Shown in pieces: positions 53,699-62,821 of a DNA stretch of 64,000 nucleotides (positions within the stretch are counted from its first letter, which is position 1; every line of letters begins with the position of its first letter). Location of the stretch: the IMG/VR virus record IMGVR_UViG_3300029705_000009. The stretch is one strand, 5' to 3'. The DNA is from a virus. Lineage: Duplodnaviria; Caudoviricetes. The translations under genes and the position numbers were made by a program. The notes under the pieces were generated by a model that worked only from the letters and a program-made list of their open reading frames with translations, was not told the DNA's origin and searched no databases.

Positions 53699-53771
53699 TG
53701 GAGCGCCTGGGATTCGAACCCAGAACCGTCCGGTTATGAGCCGGATGCACTAACCGTTGTGCTAACGCTCC
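53699..53771 (-). tRNA. tRNA with CAT anticodon (Ile2-like or Met)
   Basis: Canonical cloverleaf; TCCGG-CTCATAA-CCGGA. Confidence 0.9.
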
Positions 53772-53803
53772 GTGTTTGCCAGAATATACTGTCTGGCTCA
53801 GTT

Positions 53804-53913
53804 GAGACTTTAATTATGAAAGAAATTTTGGTGGAATTTTGAAATGCTGTCGAATCGAACGACAAGAAAAACTTTTGCAGAGTTTTGAATTTAAAATTGC
53901 TGTAAGAGATCTC
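53804..53913 (-). ncRNA. ACAGCAA-module RNA joined to the 3' half of a tRNA-Cys
   Basis: TTACAGCAATTT, AAAACT-CTGCAAA-AGTTTT, TGTCG-TTCGATT-CGACA. Confidence 0.6.
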
Positions 53914-53962
53914 CACCCTTATCTCCTATAATTCTGTCACCAGACGCCTTTCGTATTTATTC

Positions 53963-54022
53963 TAGGCACGTTTACATTATTGATTAACAGTCAATTGTAT
54001 TTATATTTGCTGCATGTGCCTA
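53963..54022 (-). ncRNA. Module RNA with an Asn(GTT) anticodon stem-loop mimic
   Basis: TAGGCAC/GTGCCTA closing stem, ATGCAGCAAAT, ATTGA-CTGTTAA-TCAAT. Confidence 0.7.
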
Positions 54023-54028
54023 TATTGC

Positions 54029-54205
54029 TAGATACCATATATCAGAGTTTACTTAAATTTGCACCAAGCTACAGATTCGAACTGCCATCTTCTCCTTTAA
54101 AGGGAGACGTAATATTCTTGCGAATGCGCTTTGCCCTATTATACTATCTCGGTGGTTTCCTCATCATACTTTTTTACGCATTATTTATATCGCTGTTGGT
54201 ATCTA
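54029..54205 (-). ncRNA. Module RNA enclosing a tRNA-like domain (54062-54153) with TTA anticodon
   Basis: TAGATACC/GGTATCTA closing stem, AACAGCGAT; TCTCC-CTTTAAA-GGAGA; TTCGAAT T loop. Confidence 0.6.
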
Positions 54206-54220
54206 TTTAATTTTATTTAG

Positions 54221-55771
54221 TTATACAATGTCTTTAACGGCATCCTCTACTACTTGGTATCTTTCGGAGTTAAGCTGTTCAACCAAACATTCAAACGGAT
54301 CGAGCTTTCCACTAAGTACCATCTTGCAGATAGCAGGGCTAAAACCAGACACTAACGCTACTGGGAAGTTTTCGTGCCGATTTACAGGCAAGGTACCGGT
54401 TCTACTACAAATGTTCCAGAATACAACACGAGGCATTTTGTAACCAGCATTAGTCCATTTCTGTTCAATTTCTCTGAATAAAGTATTTTTTACTCCCCAT
54501 CCACCACTATTATCTATTGCACATGAATCGAATTCCATATCTGATAAAATAAGAACATTTGTAGGAATATCTTCTTGGCTCATTTTCTTGCTAACGGCAG
54601 TCTTGAGTAATAAATCAAACACAGCTTCAATATTGGTATTGGCCACCTCATTATATCTAAGTGCAATCGCAATCTTTTCTCTTAAAGTCTTAGCTTGAGA
54701 AAAGTCTACTAATTGAGGTCTATGGCTAAAAGTAATGTAATTGTTCTTAAACTCTCCATTACTATGCTCTGCAAAATAAATTGCTAAAGCATTTGCAACA
54801 TCAAGACATGTCACATTGGTTCCACCAACTGTACTTTTCATACTTCCGGAGCCATCAGCAACACAAATCGTGTTTCCCTGACCCTTTACAAAGTCAGGAA
54901 GTGCTTTCCATAACTGCTCCAATGTAGTATCTACACCAGATTTTAAATATTGACCATAACCAGAACCAGTCATATAACTATGAACAATATCATGAGGGAA
55001 GTTAACAGAACTGTTAATCTTTACACCTTCATCTCCACGCTCTAAAGCTGCCAGATAAGCTCTACGTCTCTCTTCATCATTTCTTAAGAAAGCTCCATTG
55101 TAAATCAGATTCGCTCTTGAAGGTACTGTGTTATAGTCGATTTCACTCCACTCTTTCGCAGACATTTTAACTTCTACAACATTAAGATACTTACGAAGAG
55201 AAGAAAGTGTCTTTCGATAATTTCTCTCTGTCATATTAAGACCGGAATAAAGAATCCTTGCAAGTCTTCTGTTTCCCTTTGAGGAGCAATTAGTACTAGG
55301 CATCCATTTTGCCAAGAGTGAAATAGGCTTGTTTTCCATCTGATTAGCGCAGTCTTCCTCAAGCTGCATTGCAACCCAGGCTATAACATCTTCACGAAGT
55401 TTTGTATCAAGCAGACACCACATATCATCTACACGGCCATATTCCGGTGCTAAGCTAAACACTGCCTTTGCAATCTCAGGTTGTTCTGTTGCCAACCATT
55501 TCAGACACACTCTAAACAATCTTCTTTCGCCAATGCCTTCTCTTGCATCTCTGCAATAGAATAACCACTTTACGGCAAGCAGCTTGTCTTCATAGAAAGC
55601 CTTAGCAAAAGCATCTTCAATTGCTTTATCACTCTTATTTCTGAAAGATGTTACACCGAAATTAATATCTAACAGCTTTCTTCCGGATGTGCCAAATCCT
55701 AACGCTCCATTTTCTGTAATGGAAAAGCTATTCTGATCTAGTGTTGTTTTTAAATTATTCATAAAACTCAT
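54221..55771 (-). CDS. DUF2828-family helical + vWA protein (Ro60/TROVE-like architecture by inference); start reassigned to MSFMNN
   Basis: RDAREGIGERRLFR, SLLAKWMPS, YRK.L...V.E.KM, DGSGSM (MIDAS), LSDMEFD, VFWN; AAGGAG RBS before ATG 55771. Confidence 0.85.
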   Translation of the reverse strand: MSFMNNLKTTLDQNSFSITENGALGFGTSGRKLLDINFGVTSFRNKSDKAIEDAFAKAFYEDKLLAVKWLFYCRDAREGIGERRLFRVCLKWLATEQPEIAKAVFSLAPEYGRVDDMWCLLDTKLREDVIAWVAMQLEEDCANQMENKPISLLAKWMPSTNCSSKGNRRLARILYSGLNMTERNYRKTLSSLRKYLNVVEVKMSAKEWSEIDYNTVPSRANLIYNGAFLRNDEERRRAYLAALERGDEGVKINSSVNFPHDIVHSYMTGSGYGQYLKSGVDTTLEQLWKALPDFVKGQGNTICVADGSGSMKSTVGGTNVTCLDVANALAIYFAEHSNGEFKNNYITFSHRPQLVDFSQAKTLREKIAIALRYNEVANTNIEAVFDLLLKTAVSKKMSQEDIPTNVLILSDMEFDSCAIDNSGGWGVKNTLFREIEQKWTNAGYKMPRVVFWNICSRTGTLPVNRHENFPVALVSGFSPAICKMVLSGKLDPFECLVEQLNSERYQVVEDAVKDIV

Positions 55772-55816
55772 TTCTTTTTCTCCTTTTTGAATAGTTTTAT
55801 TTGCTTTAACTATTCC

Positions 55817-55868
55817 AAGATACATTTGATAGATTTGCAGTCTAATTTTTATTTGCTGTTAGTATCTT
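55817..55868 (-). ncRNA. Module RNA with a Cys(GCA) anticodon stem-loop mimic
   Basis: AAGATAC/GTATCTT, TAACAGCAAAT, TAGA-CTGCAAA-TCTA. Confidence 0.7.
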
Positions 55869-55880
55869 AGAAATTAATAA

Positions 55881-55998
55881 GCGGAGAGTGTGGGACTCGA
55901 ACCCACGACAACAGGCTCCCTAAGCAATATAAAATTGCAGTATAAGTCTTTCTCAAGACTCGTTTTTTTCTGTGCTCTACCAACTGAGCTAACCTCCG
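55881..55998 (-). tRNA. tRNA-Pro(AGG)-like gene with a 44-nt insertion (55926-55969)
   Basis: CGG start, D and T arms; removing the insert gives CAGGC-TTAGGGA-GCCTG. Confidence 0.75.
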
Positions 55999-56003
55999 CA
56001 TAT

Positions 56004-56121
56004 CAGAGAGGGTAAGATTCGAACTTACGACCTACGGGTTAACAGCCATTGTAAAATTGCAGTTTAAGTCTTTGACAAGACCCGATTATTACGTTGCTCT
56101 ATCCAGCTGAGCTACCTCTCT
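56004..56121 (-). tRNA. tRNA-Asn(GTT) gene with a 44-nt insertion (56048-56091)
   Basis: Perfect acceptor, D and T arms, G73; removing the insert gives ACGGG-CTGTTAA-CCCGT. Confidence 0.8.
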
Positions 56122-56124
56122 GAG

Positions 56125-56251
56125 TGGGGAAAGAATGGATTCGAACCATCGAAGCATAATGCGAGAGATTTACAGTCTTCACAAATTGCAGTTAATGTCT
56201 AACTAGACATGTTCTCCGTTCTCTTGGGTTTGTCCACTTCCCTATTTCCCC
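56125..56251 (-). tRNA. tRNA-Tyr(GTA) gene with a 44-nt insertion (56178-56221)
   Basis: Tyr-type D arm and long variable arm; removing the insert gives AGAGA-CTGTAAA-TCTCT. Confidence 0.8.
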
Positions 56252-56264
56252 ATATTTAGTTTTC

Positions 56265-56327
56265 TAGTCGCCATAAAAACTTATCAGATCCCTAATCAGA
56301 TGTTTTTAATGTTGCTGTAAGCGACTA
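56265..56327 (-). ncRNA. Module RNA with a Pro(AGG)-like anticodon loop
   Basis: TAGTCGC/GCGACTA, TTACAGCAAC, ATCTGA-TTAGGGA-TCTGAT. Confidence 0.65.
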
Positions 56328-56330
56328 ACT

Positions 56331-56387
56331 AGATGCTTTTGAATTACAATTTAAAAGATTGTTCCAATAAAATTGCTGTATGCATCT
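56331..56387 (-). ncRNA. Module RNA with a Lys(TTT) anticodon stem-loop mimic
   Basis: AGATGC/GCATCT, ATACAGCAATTT, ACAAT-CTTTTAA-ATTGT. Confidence 0.7.
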
Positions 56388-56389
56388 GA

Positions 56390-56502
56390 AGACGTGAGAC
56401 GGAGTTGAACCATCATCTGTGCCTTGGCTTCCTTTAATTTGCTGTTTGAGTTAAACTAAACTCTTTATTCGGAGCACCGTGCTACCATTGCACCATCACG
56501 CC
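56390..56502 (-). ncRNA. tRNA-Gly(GCC)-like RNA with a ~42-nt module insertion
   Basis: GGCGTGA/TCACGTC acceptor, D and T arms; insert hairpin plus AAACAGCAAAT before GCCAA. Confidence 0.65.
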
Positions 56503-56507
56503 ATATC

Positions 56508-56582
56508 AAAGCGGTTTGAGGTATTGTCGTTTTCCTCTCATTAATGTTTTCTGGAGACAAAATATCTTGCTGTAACCGCTTT
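56508..56582 (-). ncRNA. Module RNA with no clear anticodon loop
   Basis: AAAGCGG/CCGCTTT, TTACAGCAAG, inner TTGTC/GACAA stem. Confidence 0.55.
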
Positions 56583-56589
56583 TAATTAC

Positions 56590-56655
56590 TAGACAGATTA
56601 AAATATATAATATGTATTCTGGCATATATTCTTTAAATGTTGCTACTTCTGTCTA
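56590..56655 (-). ncRNA. Module RNA with a variant motif
   Basis: TAGACAG/CTGTCTA, AAGTAGCAAC, inner ATATG/CATAT hairpin. Confidence 0.5.
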
Positions 56656-56657
56656 AA

Positions 56658-56729
56658 CAGGGCTAGCTGGATTCGAACCAGCGACTGCAGCAGTCAAAGT
56701 GCTGTGCCTTACCGCTTGGCGATAGCCCT
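56658..56729 (-). tRNA. tRNA-Gln(TTG)
   Basis: Canonical cloverleaf; CAGCA-CTTTGAC-TGCTG. Confidence 0.93.
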
Positions 56730-56927
56730 ATAAATTCTGGTGGTTCTTTTACATCTACCACCAAAGATGTATCATAAGAAAGGAGGTACGTTTGCAAGAA
56801 GCAAACCAAACTTTAGGAATATGTCGTAATAATAGGCTTTTATTGCACACTTTCGTTTTTGTGTGTAATTTTATTTACCTACGATTGTTTTTTTGAGGAC
56901 TTAATGTCCTCAATCTCAACTGTACTT

Positions 56928-57049
56928 AGTCTACCATACTATGCAATAATTGTCAATACACTTTTTGATATTTAATTTTATTTACCTATTACCAAAAAAA
57001 AATAATTTCCTGATGAAACTATACTACCACGGCTAACACATATTGTCAA
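56928..57049 (-). promoter_or_regulatory. Two tandem SigA-type promoters upstream of the ncRNA island
   Basis: TTGACA-17-TAGTAT (57049-57021) and TTGACA-17-TAGACT (56956-56928), both with TG extension. Confidence 0.7.
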
Positions 57050-57065
57050 CACCTTTTGCATTATT

Positions 57066-60000
57066 TTATTCACCTATTTTTTCTTTATATGGCACCGGTA
57101 TGTCATATTCTTTCCAGGCAATAATGTTTATCTTGTCAGACACAGGTTTTCCACAATCCTCTTCCCAACGTTTATCATATTGATTCCATGTCACTTTTCT
57201 TACGTAATAGAAATCCTTTTTTCTACTATCTTTGGTAAGGATGGTAACCCAGTAAGGGTTATAGTATTCTTCAATTTCAGGCAGCCGATCAGAAACCGGA
57301 ATCCAATCTTTGTTATATTCCTCTTCTACTTCATTAACGATTTTGATAGCCGTATTAAATGCATGGTTTTCTATGTCGCTCACTTCATTATCGGATAATG
57401 CAATACACATATTCTTCATGGATTTTAATTTTAGATTATGTGCTGCCAATCGCTCTTTTATCTTCTCAAACGCCGTTTTCATTGCTCCACCACCTCTATT
57501 CTTTTCCCACAAGTATTACAGTAAACATTCTGCATACTTGGCTCATTACTAAACAGTCTTCCGGTATGAGGATTTCTAATAAACCCATTTACGTGTTTCC
57601 ATTCGCAAATATCATCCACAAACCTCACATTTTCCTCAACATCCTTAATAGCTTCTGCAATAAACTTGTCCCTTGCTAGGTTGGGTTCTAAAAGCTGTTT
57701 CAGAGTGAGTGTAGGCTCTTTGTGTTTCTCTGCTATTCCGTTAACGATTTCAAGTGAAACGACAATTCCGTTCGCATACCCTTTTGCAGAATCGAATTGC
57801 AACTGATTTTCTCTTGCACATCTTTCTTTTTCTCTATCAGCAAGAAATAATTCTTCTTCCAATCGCTCTTTTATCTTTTCGAACGCACTTTCCATCACTC
57901 CACCACCTTTATTTTCTTGCCACACACAGGACAATACTTATATCTGTATTTTTCTTCTTCAAGGCAAGATATAACTAATTCTGTATTATGTTGACAATGT
58001 AAATATACTCCGTCAATTTTCCACTCGCAAAAATCATTAATGCATTTATCTGCTACTTCGTTTACGATTTCGCTTGCTTTATAAAAGCCATAATCTACCC
58101 CATGATAATAATTCTTATCAATTTCGGAGTTACTTTCATATTTATCTCTAGCGGCTATTCCTCGCCTTTGCTTAAACTGTTCTAAAATCTTTTCAAACGC
58201 TTCTTTCATTTCTGCTCCTTTCTACTCTGTTTTCTCCAAAAGTTATCGCATTTAAAAAATATGTTTTTGGGCACTCTGAACTATATACCTAAAATACATA
58301 TGTAATATTTCATTTCTGCTCCTTTCACTCCAAAATGCTTACCGCTTTATTAGGATTTTCATTTGCCCATTTCACCCAATTTTCTGCAAATGGTCTGGTT
58401 TTTTCATTCAGGCCAAACACTTCTCTAGTAATTATGTAGCCTTTGCCAATACACTCTTCCATCATTTCAGTATTAGAATCTACATCGTCGGCATCTAATG
58501 GAATGAATTTTGATTTTGTAAAATATCTTCTACCATATTTCTTCGTAATGGTAATTTTTTTGATTTTGTCCTCTATCAATACCCATACTTCTTTTCCGTC
58601 ACGTTCTCTCTTGTAGATGCCACCTATTGAATCTCCTATATTCATACCTACTCCTCTACCAACTCTAATATTTCAATAGCAACAATCATTTGGTTCATAC
58701 CGTATCCATCTTCATGAATCTCCAGCGTGTCACCATTTTCATTTTTTAATGTAACTGAATATACTCCATAACCATCATCGAAATATTGCAAATTACAATC
58801 GTTTTCAGTATCATCAAAATCCCATGTGTCAAAATCCGAACAACCAATAATATCTAAGCCTCTACAATTGCCGCCCATTTCAAAGATTACATGTCCGACA
58901 TAATCCCATTGCTGCAATGTAATTTTTACCTTATGTCTTCCTATTAAATTAGGGTCATAATTCTTCATGTCTGCTCCTTTCACAGTAATGCTTTCTGTAT
59001 TGCATCGTTAATTTGCCATCTATATGGTACATTTCGTATAAGCAGACATGTGTGGCCGTACTCGGCACCCTCCTCTGCCTCTCTTCCCATAGGACATTCG
59101 TTACAAATACAACTATGTGTTACGCATTCATTTTGAATAACGTGTAATGCTTCAATTAGCTTTTTCATGTCTGCTCCTTTCTAAAACAGTCCAAATAATT
59201 TCAACAAACTCATAAAACACAATGTTATAAAACCACTTAAAAAAATGCAAAATATGCGTATCGTTGCATTAATCCATCCTTTCATGTATGCTCCTTTCAC
59301 TCCCAATGAAATCTCTCATGCCATTGTTCTTCTGGTGGCAATCTTTTGTACGCATTCAAGCATAACTGTCTATCTGACTTATCTCTCCATCTTGGGTCTG
59401 GCATTGCAACATGACAACTGCATTTGCCATCTTCATTTAGTTGTAAATTCGCACACGTACTGCATTGAAATGCTTTCATGTCTGCTCACCTACTTTTTAA
59501 TTCTTTGTATCAATGATTTAATATATCTGTTTCCTTTACCCATGAATCCTCCTATAGTTGCAATTATCCACATGCAAATAAGGTTTTCTGTCGCACGTTT
59601 CAAAGTGTTTGCAGTCGGCACATTCTTTGAAACCAAATTTAAATAAATATATGATTTTCTTTAACTTATCCTTCATGTCTACCCCTTTCGCAGTAATGCT
59701 TTCTGTACTTCCATATCATCAATTTCCCAAGTTTCTGGCTCATATTTAAGACCACAAAAGCCATTTATGGAAAAAGGACATTTAGGATCTTCTGCACACC
59801 TTCTGCGTTTCTTGCATTCTTTTTGAATAACATGTAATGCTTCAATCAGTTTTTTCATTTCGCACTGCCTTTCCGCATATCTGCTCCGCACTCATAACAG
59901 AATTTCATTTCCCTACCATAACCAACAACCTTTAATTTAAGTCCACAAACAGAGCATTCTTCCCACTTTGCAAAACCATGTTCATCTTCTTTTACAACCC

Positions 60001-62820
60001 ACTCCCCATGAACCACCGGTGCAGCTTCGATTGTAGGCTGGTCATCAACTATGCTAATTATCGAACAAATGCTATCGGCTACTTCTTCTGCATCTGAATA
60101 ACATCCTCGATTAGCAATCACTCCTGAACGCTCTTCCCACAATTCCTCTATCAACGCACTTCTGCTTATCAAATCACTCATACTCTTCTCCCTTCATCTG
60201 TTGCTAAATTTCAATTTGTCCACTTGCTGTTATATTTCTCTAGCCTATCTTCTACCGACTTAATACTTTCGTTGATTGTACTTAATGCGATTTCGTAGTT
60301 CTCAATTTTATTATCAAGAATTTCAAATCTTTGGTCTTTTAATTCTTCCAAAATAAGAGAACATACTGCTTGTGCTCCGTCTGCAAAACCACTTTTATAT
60401 TTATGCTCTAAATCCTCTTTGGTAACAGAATTACTACAGCCACTCTTGCTAAGTCCCATAAAAACACCTCCACAAATCTTTATTCTCCCTTCATCCATTG
60501 CTAAATTTCAATTAACTGCATCAATCTTCATCTGGTAGGAATTGCGGACAATCATCTTCTGTTTCGATAAGCTTGTCACCTATGTTACAGTTGCAACTAC
60601 AATTTGCATAACCTTCTTCTAATTGAGAATTATAAGAATCATTGCAACTATTTCTTGCACATACTCTGCATAGACAATCGGCACAATCTTCATCTGATTC
60701 TACCAATCTTTCTTTTTTCGGATCAGTCTCCTTAAATTCCTTCTTCTCTGGCAACGGTTTCAAAGGGCACCAATCTTGCTTTGTCTCATATCTGTTAGAG
60801 CAAAACTTATTTGCTTTCATGCAAATTCCATCATTTGAACATATCTCACATTCTGCACAGTTTTCTGGCATGTCCATAATTAAAATTGCTTTGCTCATTT
60901 CGCACCGCCCTTTCGCATAATTGCACCACACTCAGGGCATGAATTACATTTCACATAGTCTGACCAATAAGCCATACGATACTTGCCGCACACAGAGCAT
61001 TTCGGTTTCCTATTCCCATGTTCATCTGGTTCTTCTTTGAGCCATTCACCATACACCACCGGTACAGCTTCGATTGTTGGTTGCTCATTGATAATATCTA
61101 CTATTGTCGTGTCATCATAGTTATCACCACACACACCATCGTCCAAGTAAAATGAGACCTCAACGCCCTCTATCGATTTCAACAACGCACTTCTGCTTAT
61201 CAGATCACCCATCTTTATTTATCCTTTCCACTAAATAATTCCATAGTTTTCTTGTGCAAAAATTCCACATCGTCAACTCCCAAAGTAGGAAACACCTGTT
61301 GCCAGTGTCCGTATTTTGCAGAATGTTGAATCCATTCACTTTCCATAGGCTCTAGCATTGGCTCATTATTCCTCACAAACATCATAAGCCTAATATCAAC
61401 TGTCTTAGTATCTCTGTTAAACACCATTGACAAACTCATACTATCATCACGTTTTTGGTATACCACATATCTATCTGTTTCGCCGTATTTGTTACTTTCG
61501 TTCATACTCTTCTCCCTCTTGCTCAGAAATAAACCTATTAAAATCACTTGCAACAAACTTTGGGTCACCATAAAATCCACTTTGGTATCTATCATCTTTT
61601 TCCATGATAGCTTTAATTAAAAGTGCATTTCTTCTGCTACTGCATATCAGTTTCAGTTCTCCGTTCTCGTATAAGCCATAATCACAAACTATAGACCTTA
61701 CATCATATTTGCTCATGCTCTTCTCCCTTCATCCTCTACTAAGATCTATTTTGTTTACATCCCGGATTTCTGGCATACGAACCTGCGATGTTTCTATTAC
61801 TTCAAATATTCCTATAACCCAGCTGTCACCTTCTACTTTTTTGCTTTTGGTTGTAATGCTGATAACCTCCACATCATCATCACAAATTACTGTTATTTCC
61901 CTTGCCATAATTATTCTCCCTTCATCTTCTCCAAGGCTACTTCGGCTTCTTCTCTGGTTCTAAAACATTGATTCTCAAATTCTTTAAAGTCCAACTTCCA
62001 ATAATCCCTTTGATTTTCAATAGAGTCTAACCAGGCATATCCGCAATTAATTTGGTTTACTTCGTCTACGTGAATTGTGTACCCTGTACATTTGACATGT
62101 GTCACTGTATCATCTTCATAAGCGAGCACCCAAAACTCATCACCCACCTTGCAAGGCAATACCAGAAGTCTCCCTTGTTCTTCTAAATCCTCATAATTTG
62201 CAAGCTTCTTCATTGCATCTGCAAAAGGATTGCAATGATGGCATTCATAATAACCATTTACACATTCTTTTTCGCAAACCTCATAACAGAGTGCTGTTTT
62301 ATTATTTAACCATTTAGTCAATCTCTCCATGTTATTCACCCCAATTAAATACCTGATAGCAAAAGCTACAACAAACATCATCTTCATCCACGATACATCC
62401 GCAATTTGGACAGTTGCCTATAAATCCTACAAAAACCTTCTCATCAAGAACCATTGTTTTGTGCGTCGGATTCTTCGGTGTCATCCTTTCCAATGCTAAA
62501 ACTGCCATTTCCAACGCTTCTCCAAGTTCTCCCTTGGGATTTCTATCAGCTATATACCGCATCAATGGTGTTTGTTTAATCTTTTCGATTGCTTCTTTCT
62601 CTGTCATAATCACCACTCCTATCATTTTTCATTATTCTTTTCGCTTAATACATATAATTCTGATATCATTCTCTTCCATCTTTTCATAACGTCGATATCC
62701 ACACCAACCATGTTCGGCACCACAATTTTCTTCACAAAATTCATAACTATCATTTACGTGATCACACAACATGCAATTAGGATCTTCGTCATCTGCTGTA
62801 TATTCTATGTATTTTGCCAT
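57066..62820 (-). other. Block of about 20 small accessory ORFs, including paralogous families (AFEKI.., DLISRSAL.., MKKLIEALHVIQ..) and zinc ribbons
   Basis: Shared N- and C-terminal peptides and repeated RBS junctions. Confidence 0.75.
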
Positions 62821-62821
62821 A

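Noticed and set aside
52742-54210. Short ORFs called within the ncRNA island
   Set aside because: They overlap tRNA or structured RNA elements and lack protein-like features
53804-56655. CRISPR array interpretation of the recurring TTGCTGT/TTGCAGT repeats
   Set aside because: The conserved core is only about 7-10 nt, spacing is irregular, the flanks covary as stems, and no cas operon is present
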